Origin: Spironucleus salmonicida
Taxonomy: Eukaryota
Length of the DNA stretch: 64,000 nucleotides
Direction of reading: 5' to 3'
Assembly: GCF_000497125.1 (NCBI RefSeq)
Contig: NC_090604.1
Span: 392,651-456,650, forward strand
The notes beneath the pieces are model-generated. The model was given only the letters and a program-made list of their open reading frames with translations, searched no databases and had not been told where the DNA came from. A program made the position numbers and the translations under genes. This document shows, piece after piece, positions 38,242 through 51,558 of this stretch; within the stretch, counting starts at the first letter, position 1, and the number at the start of each line of letters is the position of its first letter.

Positions 38242-38698
38242 TGAAAATTGTAACTGATGAGGATAAGTTAACTAAATTAACTGGGTAAATATGGCAAGTA
38301 AAGCTCAGGCGGATACTTCCCTCATTTTAGGGTATAATCTACATGACCAGATTTGAGTTATATAATAGTCACTAATTGGGGTTCGGCAACAAGAAGGATT
38401 TATCGATCTCTGTGAAGATGCCAAATAGAATATGGTTACGATTACCATATTTAGAAATTTTACAAGTTTTACAACTTAGCTATTTACTTCTGTTAATAAT
38501 ACCGTTAGCAAAAACTAAAGTGTAATAAATCTATTTTTATACTATGCTATATTAAATGATAATTAGTGAAGTTTAATAATTTTACGGGATGTAAGAGTAA
38601 GTAAATATATATAAATAAGATATTATTTTTTTCTTCCGAAATAAGAAACTAGCTTATTTATTATCTTATCAATTCTATTGACAGTATAAAATTATAAA

Positions 38699-39553
38699 AT
38701 GACCACAACAGGCACATGTACACGAACTGACACAACGTGCAAAGCAGGCCACTTCTGCCCCACGAGTGGCATGGACACAGTAGACTGCATTCCTTGTGAA
38801 CTAGACATGAAATTCGATCAAGGCTGCTACTGCGAGGATAATTCAGTTACCACAAACTGCAAGACGTGCTCTGGGAAAAATTGCACCGCCTGCCTCCCTG
38901 GCACTTTTCTCAATGGAAACGTCTGCTCTAAATGCCAAAATGGTTGTGCCGAATGTACCGAATCCAATTCATGCCAGAAATACACCGGCGGGGTCACAAC
39001 GGAAAATGCCAAATTAGGCAACGTATGTTATAGCAATAAAGACTGCGAATATGAAATTTCAACCTTTTGCGACATAACCTAAAAGAGGTGCGTGAGATGC
39101 TCTGCTAACTGCTAAGTTTGCTCGTCCGCGACGTTCTGTAACGGGTGCTAGTGGGATAATTATATTACCACACTTAAGGGAACTTGCACAGCTATGTGTA
39201 GTGGTCTAACAAATGGGAACTACTGCAAGGATGGAGTGGCCACACCCTGCGGTGAAGGGATTGACTCTAATTGTAAATGTGGAACTTCCTCCAATTGCGC
39301 TTCGTGTAACACTGCATAGAATGCCTGTGAGACGTGTTTGCCTAATGTTCTTAAGGGAAAAGATGGTGCATGTAATATCTGTGCTCCTGGGTTTACGTAC
39401 ATTGGCAGTAGGTGCTGGTCAGAATAGTAAGGTTCTGAGGCCAATAAGATAGGGTCTGGGGCGATTGTTGGTATTGTAATTAGTGTTTTGGTGGTCGTTG
39501 GCGCGGTAGGTGGAGGCTTGACCTATTACTTCATTAGAAAGGGTAAGAAGTGA
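38699..39553 (+). CDS. CRMP1, array C gene 2 (284 aa, RKGKK), mosaic
   Basis: 855-nt code-6 ORF. Confidence 0.93.
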
Positions 39554-40064
39554 TGTAAATACTTGTATATTCAGGAAATTTAGTAATTTATGTTACTAAT
39601 AGTATTACTTGTCAAATTCAGTAAAATGACTGTTAGGTTGTAATGTTTTGCATATATTATACAATACAATTTAACTCAGTTTTTAATTTTTATAATAGTG
39701 TAAGTGTAATTTTTCAAACTTATATATTTTCTAAATATTTATAATATATTCCAGTATTAACAAATTAGTTTCTCACACTTAATATTCTCTTATGTTATTA
39801 TGTATATATAAAAGATATATCGAAATAACTCAGTAATTATAATAATTTTTTTATAATTAGTAAATCGTCTCGTAACCTACATCATTTTCTAGTTTAAGTT
39901 TCTTCCATAGTGAAATATTACTAAATACAGTCATTTTAAAACCTGTTCACGGTAATTTAGTGAAATATTTAGGCGGGAAAAACCAATATACAATACCTTA
40001 TTCAGAAACTAACCACTACTAATTTATAAATTTATATACTTTATCTTCTGACACTTTTCCAAAA

Positions 40065-42469
40065 ATGTCAGAGTACATATGCTGGAGTCAGACATGCCCA
40101 ATTGGCTTTGTATGTGAATTGGACAGGAGTACGTGGAATAAACCATGTTCTGCATGCAGAGTTTATAATTGTGCAAAATGTTAGCCATATAGTACGAGAA
40201 CGTGTGATTAATGCCTTCCAGGATTCTCGGTTCACAATAACCTCTGTAAAAAGTGCTCTACAAACTGTGCTTCCTGTAATACAGATTCTAATTGTCTTAC
40301 ATGCTTATCCGGCTTTAAGTTGGAAGAAAACAGCTGTAAAAAGTGCCCAGATAACTGCCTTGAATGCGGAATTAATCCGGCATGTAATAAATGCCAGCTA
40401 GGATTCTTTTTAGGAGACGAAGCTAAATGCATATAATGCAGTAGCGGCTGCAAAACCTGTACTGATGATAAAAACTGCTCAGCGTGTCTTGAGGGATTCA
40501 AACTATCCGATAATTAATGCAATACCTGCCCACAAGATTGCTCAGAATGCAACACTAGCACCTGCACCAAGTGTAAAGATTTTTTTTCTTGTCTAATGAA
40601 TTGTGTTCAGCCTGCTCTGACAATTGCCTAACATGCACGGACGCGACCACCTGCAAAATTTGCTAAAACGGTTACTTTTAGGATGACGGTAAAAACTGTT
40701 CTAAATGCCCTTAAAACTGCATTTAGTGTAGAAACAATATAAAGTGCAGGGTCTGCCAATTAGGGTATGAGCTTTAGAGGGAAACCTGTGTTAAAAACGA
40801 ATGCAACAATTATAATTAATGCAGAAATAACTATTTTTGCGTTAAAATCGAAACTGGTAACAGGTGCGTGGTTCTTCCTGAAAACTGTGCTAGCACAGAT
40901 GTGAACGGAAAGTGTGTATCCTGTGCTCAGGCCTATGTGCTAAAACTAGAAAAATGCGAGCAGTGTGGAAAATCGTGCACCGAATGCGGTACAGATTTGA
41001 AATGCACTATATGCGATGATGGCTATTTTAGCGATGATGGGGTTTGCACAAACTGCTCATTCAGCTGTGAAAAATGCGACAGCGAAAATGAATGCACCAA
41101 ATGCGCAGAAAACCACATTTTAGACTAAAAAACTTGCCACAAAATCGCGTAGCACGAATGCGATACCAGTAACATTTGCAGCAGCGGGAAGTTCTGTTAA
41201 AGCCAGCCATGGCAGAATGTGTGCAAAAATTGTCTTGAAAATTGCGCAAATTGCACAGATTCCGCAACGTGCAGTACCTGTGCTGCTGGCTTTTATCCCC
41301 TCAACGGCGCATGTGCCGCCTGCCCAGATGAGTGCGAAACATGCGCGAGCAGGAACGAGTGTTTGAGCTGCCGGGCAGGGTACACGCTCTAAGGGCAGGA
41401 ATGCGGCAGCTGCAAAACTGGCGAAAACGCGATTTCCAACTGTGCCAGCTGTGATCCAACAGCAGTTTCTACCTGCCAGACCTGTGCTGAAAGCTTCACT
41501 TTAGTAGCTGGAAACTGCGTTTCCGACAGCGCCTGCAAAACTGCTGGCGGGAAGCTTAATTCCAACTGCGACAGCTGCGTTATCGCTGATCCAGCAACCT
41601 GCAAATCGTGCTCAGACGGCTACCAGCTCATTTTGGGCGCTTGTGCGAACTGTAAAACAGGCGCTGCTGCTGTCGCGAACTGCGCAAATTGTGATGGAAA
41701 AATGCCTCTAGATTGTGCGGCTTGCGCGGCTGGATACACATTTTCCGGCCCGGACTGCGTGAACTGCAAGGCCGGGTCTGCCAGGGTTGAGCATTGCAGC
41801 GCTTGCGATGCCACTTCTGCTGCTGTCTGCGGCGCCTGCGAGGCGAATTACACGCTAATAGGCTAAAGCTGCGTGCCCAAGGACCTGTGCAAAACCAGCG
41901 AGGAAAATTGTTAAACTTGCGACTCCTCCAATCCGTCTAAATGCTCGACTTGCAGCGCTGATTTTGTGCTTGTGCATCAAGGATGCATTTCTAAAGATGC
42001 GTGTAAGACAACTGATACCAGCTGCAAGACCTGCTCTGGTGATAACCCTGTTGAATGTGGTTAATGTTTAGATAATTTTGTGGTGATTGCGTCAATCTGT
42101 ACGGACGTTTCAAATAACTGCAAAGAGTTTGAGAGTTCTAGTAAATAATGCACATAATGCGAAAAATCGTATTTTAAGGATAAACTGTAATGCAAAAAAT
42201 GCAGAGAGGGCTGTCTTACTTGTAGTTCTGTTGAGAGCTGCAGTGAATGTACCCAAGGCCTTGTTTTAAATGGAGATATCTGTACAAGCGATTATATGAG
42301 CGGAGGAGCAATCGTTGGGGTCACAATTGGCTTAATTCTGGGACTAGTAGTGTTAGGAGTGGCAGTATACTTCGTATGGCGGAATAGGATTAAAAATCAT
42401 CATGGATTAAATAAATCTAACGCTGTCGAACACGGCGAGATGATGCTGTAGGTGTTTCGGGAGGAGTGA
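40065..42469 (+). CDS. Large cysteine-rich membrane protein (CRMP2/HCMP-like, about 800 aa) with a frameshift in a T8 run at 40580-40587
   Basis: Furin/EGF-like CxxC repeats continue across the run only after a frame change; C-terminal TM GAIVGVTIGLILGLVVLGVAVYFVW and a longer tail; ends GAG-TGA. Confidence 0.85.
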
Positions 42470-43914
42470 AATAGGTAATTAAAGTAATGTAAATAAATAG
42501 ACGAGGTAACTTTTTATTTAACAGATATTAAACCTTCTATTTTAAAGAGAGGTGTTGGCAGCATTTTATCAAAACTGCTTAAATTGATAGATGACTAATA
42601 GCTGTGAATTTTCAATATTTTACAGAAAAGCGTATACTCAATCTAATTTTTTCATTTATTTTAGGTTGCTATCTTAATTACTACGAAGTGACGCTATATA
42701 ACTTTTTCAATATTTAAATCCAAAGATACATAAAAATTTATTTACAATAAATTTAATCATTATAGACATTATTGGAAGATAAAAATAATAAAAACGGAAA
42801 TATTATGAATACTAACAGAATAACAACATGGAATAAGTTTTTAAAAGTTTTTATAGTTGTTATAAGTAAGCATGAATTAGATTATTTAAATATGATTATT
42901 GATTTAATTCAAAAATAAAGATATACTACGCTACATAAAATAGCAATACAAAAATAAGATATTGAAGTAAATATTACATTTATTTAGCCATTGAATTTTA
43001 TGTAGACGATAATCAGTTGATGCAATTAGTCGCAAATTAATCATTTTAAAAAATTGATGTAAATAAATAACAGCTAACTAAATTAATATTAACAGTAAAC
43101 TAAGCTCATTCTTTTTCAAATTGAAATATTATAATATACTGGAAGAAAATAATAATTTAAATAAAATAGTTACCTAAATTTATAAAAATTAATTATACTA
43201 AATATCCACACTAAATAATAAAAAGTTCCAAAGTGAAGTCTATCAAAACTGCAGTCTGGATACATTTTAGTAATATGATAATTATATATTGAAATTTTCT
43301 CATTAACAATATCATTATTTATAGATAAGTAATATTTTGCAACTTTTTACTTACATAAATGTTTCTGTTATATAATACTAAAAATTGAAATGCACAAGAC
43401 TAAATTTTATTATCCTAAAATTTTTAATAAGTAATTATGTAAATACATAAATATAAGAATTATATTCAAATTCACAATACAAATGCTACCACTAAAATTA
43501 TTAATACTATATATACAGTTTTATAACAAAGAAAAGTATAAAATTATGAATATACAAATAATATTATTTATAAGAGTAGTTACTTACTCATTATAAACTT
43601 AAAGATTATTCATAATGCAGTGATAATATATTATTATTTAATGAATGATGTATAGTTTGAGAGCGTTATATTACTATTAATTATAATCTTAACTATAAAA
43701 TATTATAGTTTATCATGTCATAATCAAAATAGAAGACTAAGCTGATTCTAACGTAAGACTAATTAATTATCGAGATTTTTGTTTTTTCTTTCAAGTCATA
43801 ATAATATCTAAATATATAAAAAATTGGGATAATTATTTTTAAGTTTCATTAAATCTACTATTCATATATATTTATTAATAATATATACTCTATATATTTT
43901 ACGGTTTTTATAAA

Positions 43915-44244
43915 ATGACACAAAAAACTAACCCAGTACCCTATCATAACTGGTCTGATGAGGAGGTTTATCAGCTGAATGAAGGTATTCGTCTCTATGG
44001 TATTAAGTTTGCTCACATTTAGTAGGCTTTTCTTCCCCATATTTCAGCTTAAATAATTAAGAACAAGTACTACAAATTATATAAAAAAGGCGAAATTACC
44101 CCATCGAATATTGAATCAAAGCAATATTCCAATGCACACAGCGGCTCGCACACAGGAATCAACACGCCAAAAGACTTCCCTGACCAGGTGGATATTGATT
44201 TTATGTTGGCTGATCTTAATTAGATTTTGAAACGAATGTAGTGA
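43915..44244 (+). CDS. Myb-like DNA-binding protein (109 aa)
   Basis: YHNWSDEEVYQLNEGIRLYGIKFAHIQQAFLPHISAQIIKNKYY. Confidence 0.87.
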
Positions 44245-44786
44245 TATTTTTCATGAGCTTAATATGATAAACTATCAAATATCCATAAAATCCTTAAGTA
44301 ATTTATCAATTTTAAGCCCAAATCTCATAACGCGTTTCCGATCACTAGATTTATTCTTAATAAACCTTTCACTTGCTAATGAAATGAACTAGTTAAGAAA
44401 CACACTATAACTCACCACCAGCGTTTCCAGGACATTCCAACCACGCTGCCCCTCCAAATTACTCAAATGACCAATACACAAAAAATCTCGAAACATACCC
44501 AAACACCAACCTGCCAAATTAACTATACATCTTTTACCATCACCTTCCCCCATTCCTCACTCGATTCACCCACCTACCTCAAAAAATTACACTATTTTAG
44601 AAAATAAACTCTTTATCATATAATAATATATCTTATCAAGCCAAAATTTTCCAATAAATTCCTAAAATAATCCAATTTTCCCTTCCAATTCGAAATTAAT
44701 TTATATAATAATGACAATTATAAAATTCAAAAAACCGTAGAATTTCGCCTAAAAAATCTCTATTATATGTTAAAACCCAATATCTC

Positions 44787-46736
44787 TCACTTTCCGCTCC
44801 TTTCGCCCTCAATTCTGCTCTTTATAGCCTAAAAATCGATTGCCTGCGTCCCCTAGAACAGAGTGGTCTCAAATTCGTCCAAACTGTTAAAAAGCTGTAT
44901 TCCGTTCAAAATCTTCTGCGTTCTCTCGTCAACCTCCAAAATCTCAAATGCGTGCGCGTTGATCTTCAAAACGTTGCCAACGACGCAATCTCTCCATCCG
45001 TAGTAAATCTTGCCTCTGCCACGCCCCAAACGGTCACAATCCTCAGAAACGGTCTGCTCCGGATTCACGATCGGCATTCTCTGCAGAAATCTCGACCCAA
45101 AACCGGTCGCCGTCGTCGTGCAAATTTCGTTTATCGCGAAAGTGTCGTCAGAAAAGTAGAAAGTGAGCACAAAACGGCGATCGACGTGAGTGATATGGAC
45201 CGGTTTTCCCTCGAAAGGAACGAGTTTTGCGACGAATTTTAGCTGCATATCGCCGTATTTCATCCACTTCAAAATGTCCTTTTTGGGCGGAAGCGGATGC
45301 ACGGAAACGCAGGATCCGATCGTGTCTTCGTCCGCACCGATTCCGTGAACGTCGTCGTGGAAGAGCAAAGAGGCCTCCAAACGCGAAATTTTCTCGATTG
45401 AAGCGATATTTTTGCAGTTTGGCGTGCAAGATTGACCTGCCGCGTGGCTGTGCAAACAGGCCGGTTTCATCTGAATTTCGGGCACTCCGAGCTCTTATGT
45501 CATGTACTTGAACGTAAAGTCGTCGCAGCCTGTCAGGAACATTTGTCTGTTGAAAATGTCAATAAAATGGCCAACGTGGAAATCCTGCGCTCTTATGAAC
45601 ATGTGAGTTTGCGCTTCGTGCTCTTTGAACATCGTAATCGTTCTTGATCTGGGCACTTTCTGTTTTCTGAGAAAAACGGGCCAGGGGTCTCTGCCGCAAT
45701 TTGCGGGCAGATCTTCGAGTACTTGAATGTTGTCGTCAGCTAAAAAGTACTGAATTATGAAGTTTCTGACCTCGCCGAAAGCTGAGTCTCTGTTGTCCCA
45801 AAATGCGTTAAAACTGAGAACTTCGCGGTCGTGTCTGAGATATTTTGCTAGTTTGTCGTCTGCGATGTGCTTCGTCACGACGTCTTTCGTTGTTTCTGCG
45901 ATGTGGCGCGACTGCCTCGTAGCGAGATATTCGTCAGTCGGGACCTGATTTTCGGGGATATCGGGGTTGACTTGGACGTTTTCAGCGTTTAAGAAGGTCC
46001 TGGTGTCCTCTGTGCACGCGTAGATGTTGTAAATCGTGCCAAAGAGATTTACGCTTGAGCCGATTATTAAGTCTTCTATACCTAAATATCCGCTTTCTTG
46101 GTTTCTGTAGTCGATTGGGATCCTCTATCTCTTTAAAATGACGCCCTGGGGATGTCCGGAGTTTAAAATTACTCTCTCCTGGACCATAATGGTGCCGTCG
46201 ACCACGCAGTAGTCGATCAGGTCGTGTCGGACGCGTACGCGCTCGTTCTGGCTTTCCTGGATCTCAACAGCCGTCCATGCGTAGAAGCGCAGGACAACAC
46301 CGTCGAGCTTCACGAAAGCGGGCTTGTACTGCTCGACTTGGCGGGCCATAGCGCGCTCTGTTTCGTGGTCTCTGGACATCAACGTGGCGTAGGGGGCGGT
46401 TCTGTCGAGCTGTGTGGCGCCGAATGGAGCCTCCTACACGAGGTTCTTCCTGCACGCAATCACGCCGCGGGAGGTGATTTGTGTCGCGCTCGAGGGCTGG
46501 TAGTTTAGCGTGTTAGTGAAGGTCGTGGTTTACCTGTTCGGGTCAGCCTGGAGAACTGATTTCTGGCAAAATTATGTGAGCGTATAGCCCTGCGGAGCCA
46601 CAGAGGCCTTTACGTCGTCACATTGGAGTGATGCGCGTGTCTTGTCCAACGCGTGGGCCTTGTGGTACTCAGTGCGGGTGGGATCCTGGAAAACGTGTCC
46701 TGGAACAAATGGAATATCCTTCGGAGTGAGGGTCAT
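44787..46736 (-). CDS. Rib72/EFHC1-family axonemal protein with three DM10 domains (649 aa)
   Basis: IPFVPGHVFQDP N-terminus; DM10 motifs VLRFYAW, VLSFNAFWD...YFLADDNIQVLE...GRDP and LKFVAKL...RRFVLTFYFSDDT. Confidence 0.93.
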
Positions 46737-47580
46737 TTTGAGAAATTGCGAAGCGGAATTTGCGCCAAAAGTAAATAGGTCATCTAATATATAATAACTA
46801 TATATTTCGAAGTTATTTTAGTTTAAAAGGACTTGATCATAGAGAGTTTCAAGAGGATTGGGGAAGTAATGGTGTTGTTTAGCACTTGCAAAACAAAGAT
46901 AATATAATCTATAGAGAATCGTGAATTTTTTGCTTGATTATCAATCTAGAGCGTGAAAGAACCGAACTTTATGGTTTTAGGATGATATATGTAAAATAGT
47001 ATATATAAACAGTGCTATTTTATTTTAGTTTTTAATGAATAGTTTATTATATAATAATAAATTACATTACATTTAATAAAAATATATTTATTACGTGGAA
47101 ATAAACATGCGAATATTCAAAGGTACAGTTATTGCTGGTATAATAGAGTTGCTATTAAATAATGCAATTAATAACTAAACGTAAAATTGTGTCAATTTAT
47201 ACAATTTTACTAATGATAGATTTTAATTATTTGCAAAATGGTTCAAGAAGTTTTGAGAAAAATAGCTGAAAGAAACAGGTTTTGCTTAATGCATATGAAA
47301 ATTTTTCTATAGATGGATAATAATCAGTATGAGAAAAACGGGTGTTATATGTTATTATATTATAAATAGTATTGAATTTATTTATTAAAAAATATTTTAG
47401 AAATATTATATTTTTTGTATTGATTGACAATTTATAATAAATAGAGTATAGCTAAGTATATAAATAAGTAATATTAGTTATAATTAAATTTCAATAAAAT
47501 TAGTTTTGTAGTCATGCACAAAAAATTTATCAAAATTAGATAGTGAAGTTGTTTTAATAGTCTTTTAAGATAGTAATTAA

Positions 47581-47901
47581 TCAGTAATCGAAGGCACCCT
47601 TCTGCTTCTTAGCAGCACCCATTCTCTGAAGCTCTAATCTGTGGCATCTCTTAAGTACCTTGAAGCTTACAGCCTTGCAAGACTTGCAGGTAAGTTTGAT
47701 AACGTTCTTCTTGGTAACCTTTGCCTTCTTGTGGAAGATGGGCTTGGTCTGACCACCAAAACCACGCTGTTTACGATCATATCTTCTCTTACCCTAACGT
47801 TTAAGAGAATCTTTTCCTTTCTTATAGATGGTGCACTTGTGGATAGTATGCTTACCTTCGCGGATACAAAGAGATTTACGTTCCTCGGGATATTGAACCA
47901 T
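47581..47901 (-). CDS. RPL36A: 60S ribosomal protein L36a/L44 (eL42)
   Basis: [30 protein letters not shown]; missed by the ORF track because of TAG=Gln. Confidence 0.96.
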
Positions 47902-48180
47902 TCTCCGCGTGGAGTGGAAATAATAATTTGAAGCGGAAGTAGTTATATACTATAATATAATAATCAAGTTCCTAGTATTTTTTTGAAATTACAATTCTTT
48001 TTCAGCTGCCTTCAGTTGCAAATTATAATAGTATTGTATTCAAATACATAGTTGCCCATGTAGATATAAATAGGAGTTCAGTTTCTAGCTAATTATAAAA
48101 AAATTACTTGTTCTAGGAAATAGATGGTAATAATATATAGTTATAATCATTTAATAATTTTTTTCACCGCCCTATAAATA

Positions 48181-48969
48181 ATGTTCACTGCAAAACAAAT
48201 ATTTCGTGGAAATTTAGAGTTCCATTTAAAGCTGGAATAATTTTTATATGGTAACCTAGATCGCTTGTAACTGAAAAAGGTACGCTAACAGTTCGATGAA
48301 AAGATGCATTCCACGCCATAAAAATTTCATGAATTAATCGTTTCAGTACGTGAACCAGAATAGGCATAACATCTTCGTTAGAACATGTATGATTCTTAAA
48401 ACTCGGTTTCATCAATTGAAAAACCGATTTCTAATTAATCTGATTAAAAACAACGTGTTGGAAAACCAGATCCATTATTTATGAATCGAAACTCCTCAAG
48501 TCTTTAAATATAAAGTTCTTAATAACAAAAAATAAGACAACCAGAGATCCTAATTCATAATCCTGAGCTTAATTTAACAACATCAGTAGTTATTTCAAAC
48601 CATCATGATTCTATCGTATTCCCTAACTAACAGGAAAGTTTGGCTGCATCTGCAGTTGATAATTTGAAAAAATCAGTTGCTAAAGCTTAGTAGAAGACGT
48701 AGATGCTTAATCAATTACTTAATTTCGAAACTGGCGAGAACATTGAAAATATATAAAAAGACCTTAAGTTATTGGGTAACTAGGTGTTATATGAAAGAAA
48801 ATTAGTACCAATGAATATAGAGTAAGGTTTTACTACTCATCACCCAAATGATTAAATTAAGTAATTAAGAGATAGAATAGCATAAGATTAGGTTAAAATG
48901 AATGAAATGATCTCAGAACAGTAGAAGAACTTAGCTGAGCTCATGGAATTAGAAAAAGCTATTAAATGA
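48181..48969 (+). CDS. Hypothetical Gln-rich coiled-coil protein (262 aa)
   Basis: 789-nt code-6 ORF. Confidence 0.65.
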
Positions 48970-49067
48970 AATATTCAATTTTATATATTAGTATAAAGTA
49001 TGATGTTTCTTATTTATGACTTTATATACTAATATCTGATAATATATAATAGTTTTTAAATTAATAA

Positions 49068-49799
49068 ATGAAACGGTAGAAAGGGAACGGCTTGATATCG
49101 CTTTCACCTACAAAACTGTAAGATTACAACACTCTAAATTATAATTATTAATAACTGAGACTATCTGACGACGCTCATATTAAATTTCATGATGTTTATG
49201 ACTTTAAAATATAACATAACTTCAATCTTGAGGAAATCCTTTTTAAATCGATAAAATCCAACACACTAAGATATTCTATTAACGAGTGTTTAAATTAAAA
49301 GGATGGCTTCAACAAAAACCTAGTCCGACTTCTAGGATCAGATTGTGAATTTTCTTAATTATCTAGCGATACAAAACTACCAGTGTTTTAAGAAATGGCA
49401 GAGCTAGTACATCGAACATCATAAACTCGACTATCTCGACTATCCAGAGTTTCAGACTATGATATACAATCGTCATATTCAGCATTACCAATAATGAACT
49501 TTAACTAAGGAATAAAGTAGGAAGTTAGCTTCGATATTTCATCAACTGAAGATTTTCATGTCTAAACACCAAGGAAAATAGTACCTTAAAAAAGTGTTTC
49601 ACTATAATTATAGCCCCTAAAAGAGATGAATTTTTCCTAGGAATCATCAGAGATTCTATAAAGCCCTTAGAGAACGTATTTGAATTACTATTAAGCAATC
49701 GAAGTAAGTGAAGAAGAGATTTCATCAAAAGATGCTAGCCGACCTTCCTCCTATAAACCGAATGTTAAAGGACCCTTAGGGTTAAGACGAAATAAGTGA
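49068..49799 (+). CDS. Hypothetical protein (243 aa)
   Basis: 732-nt code-6 ORF ending AAG-TGA. Confidence 0.65.
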
Positions 49800-49945
49800 G
49801 ACCTATATACGTATATTTTAGTCTTTTACGAAAGTTTAGTTTTATTTTATTATATTCTTAGACAACTAAACTCAGTTTTTAGTTTCTACTTTTTGTAAGT
49901 ATAATTTATATATTATAATATAATATTTTTCATTCTATTCTACAC

Positions 49946-50149
49946 ATGAACTTCTACTTTAATGAAAATCCAACCGCGGACAAGCCACCAATTTAGTTTA
50001 AATCTCTAATCAATAAGAATAACGCAAGCATAGCACTAGAAATGTCAGAGGACCGAAGTTTTTCTTTTGTAAACTAGTTTGGTCTAGAATTAAACGAAGT
50101 GAGCATGAGTGGTATGAGCATCCAGATTGTTGAAGATAGCGATATTTGA
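49946..50149 (+). CDS. Small hypothetical protein (67 aa)
   Basis: Short code-6 ORF after a TATA-like tract. Confidence 0.4.
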
Positions 50150-50301
50150 GCCTTTAAATATTCATAATCTATCTTTCACAGCTTTGCTCCATCCAAATTA
50201 ATTAATTTTAAAACTGATTTTATTTTTATTATTATATGTGTTATATCACTAATTTGAAAAAATCAATTCACTCCTAATTTTTAAAATTCACCATTCCTTC
50301 A

Positions 50302-50778
50302 ATGGTACACCCAACTATCTTCTGGGCACAGAACAAAGATGTCGTTTACTTACGCATCCAAGTCAGCTCAGCTGCTAATGTCGACATCAAGATGGAGGAG
50401 ACCTCCTTTAGCTTCACCTGCAATGCCGACAAGCAGGACTACTCCTGCAAGTTCAACCTCTTCAAGGAAGTTGACCCCTCTGCCTGTAAATTCAAAAATT
50501 TAGCCCAGTCGATTGAGGTCCTCCTCACTAAAAAGACTGTTGAAAAGGAGTTTTGGCCCACCCTCAACAACGGTGGCAAGCTTCCATATGTCCGCGTCGA
50601 CTTCGACCGTTGGATCGACGAGGACGAGGAGGAGAAGCCCAAGACCGCCATGCCGGATATGGGCAACTTCGGCGGAATGGACTTCAGCAATTTTGACCCC
50701 AGTCAGTTCAAGATGCCAGAGGGCGAAAAAGGAGCCGAAGACGATGAAGGCCAGGGCGAAGAATAATAATAAGAGTGA
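50302..50778 (+). CDS. p23 / Sba1 / Wos2 Hsp90 co-chaperone (CS domain)
   Basis: HPTIFWAQ...FWPTL...VRVDFDRWIDEDEE followed by a GM-rich acidic tail. Confidence 0.95.
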
Positions 50779-50938
50779 ACGTTATTATTGGAATTATATC
50801 GATTTATGGGATGGAGTTGAAATTTTGCTTATAATGAATATTATATGATTATAAGAAGGATGACTGAATTTTACAGAAAATTGAAAAGGAAAGGAATCTT
50901 ATTAATTATATAATATATTAAGTATATAAAAATTGAAA

Positions 50939-51202
50939 ATGGACGACGAAGCATTTACCGGCTGTTTGTCATTTTTGAACGACGGATATGGCAGAACGCT
51001 GCAAATTACGATGATTCTTGGCTGTTTAGCAATTTTGGCTGCCGGAGGGTTTGTCTGCATGCTGGACTGGAAAGTTGGGCTGCCGTTCGTGCTTTTGGGG
51101 ATCGGTTTTTCGTGTTCGTGGTTCTACTACGACCATTTGACGCAATTGGAGAAGGCAACCGAGGAGAAAGCTGAAGAGAAAACTGATAAGAAAGCCGAGT
51201 GA
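50939..51202 (+). CDS. Small two-TM protein (87 aa)
   Basis: Two hydrophobic segments, charged tail ...DKKAE, GAG-TGA. Confidence 0.7.
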   Translation: MDDEAFTGCLSFLNDGYGRTLQITMILGCLAILAAGGFVCMLDWKVGLPFVLLGIGFSCSWFYYDHLTQLEKATEEKAEEKTDKKAE

Positions 51203-51558
51203 GGAAAATGCGCTATTTGGTGGTTAAAGACAGAATTTAGTTGATTCAAAAGGGAATTGAAAATTTAAGAAAGTTTTTGATGCCATATTGATGCTCGTCG
51301 TTCAATTCATTTTTACAGTTTTTCACAATTTAATTCTACTATGTTTGATATAATAATAACATTAAATTTCAGAAAATTTTTTTAGTCAAATGAGTACTTT
51401 AGATATCGAATGAAATTAGTTATTCAGGTTATTATCCGTTTTTCTGGTAGATATTTAATATTCAATTCTTCGCACTACTCCACATAGTATTTTGCTCAAA
51501 ATCAGCACTTAGCCTATTCTGAATATTTTTCACCATATTCTCTACCTTGAAATCCGAA

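Noticed and set aside
4626-47901. Spliceosomal introns in ribosomal protein genes
   Set aside because: RPS25, RPLP1, RPL32 and RPL36A all read as continuous ORFs in code 6
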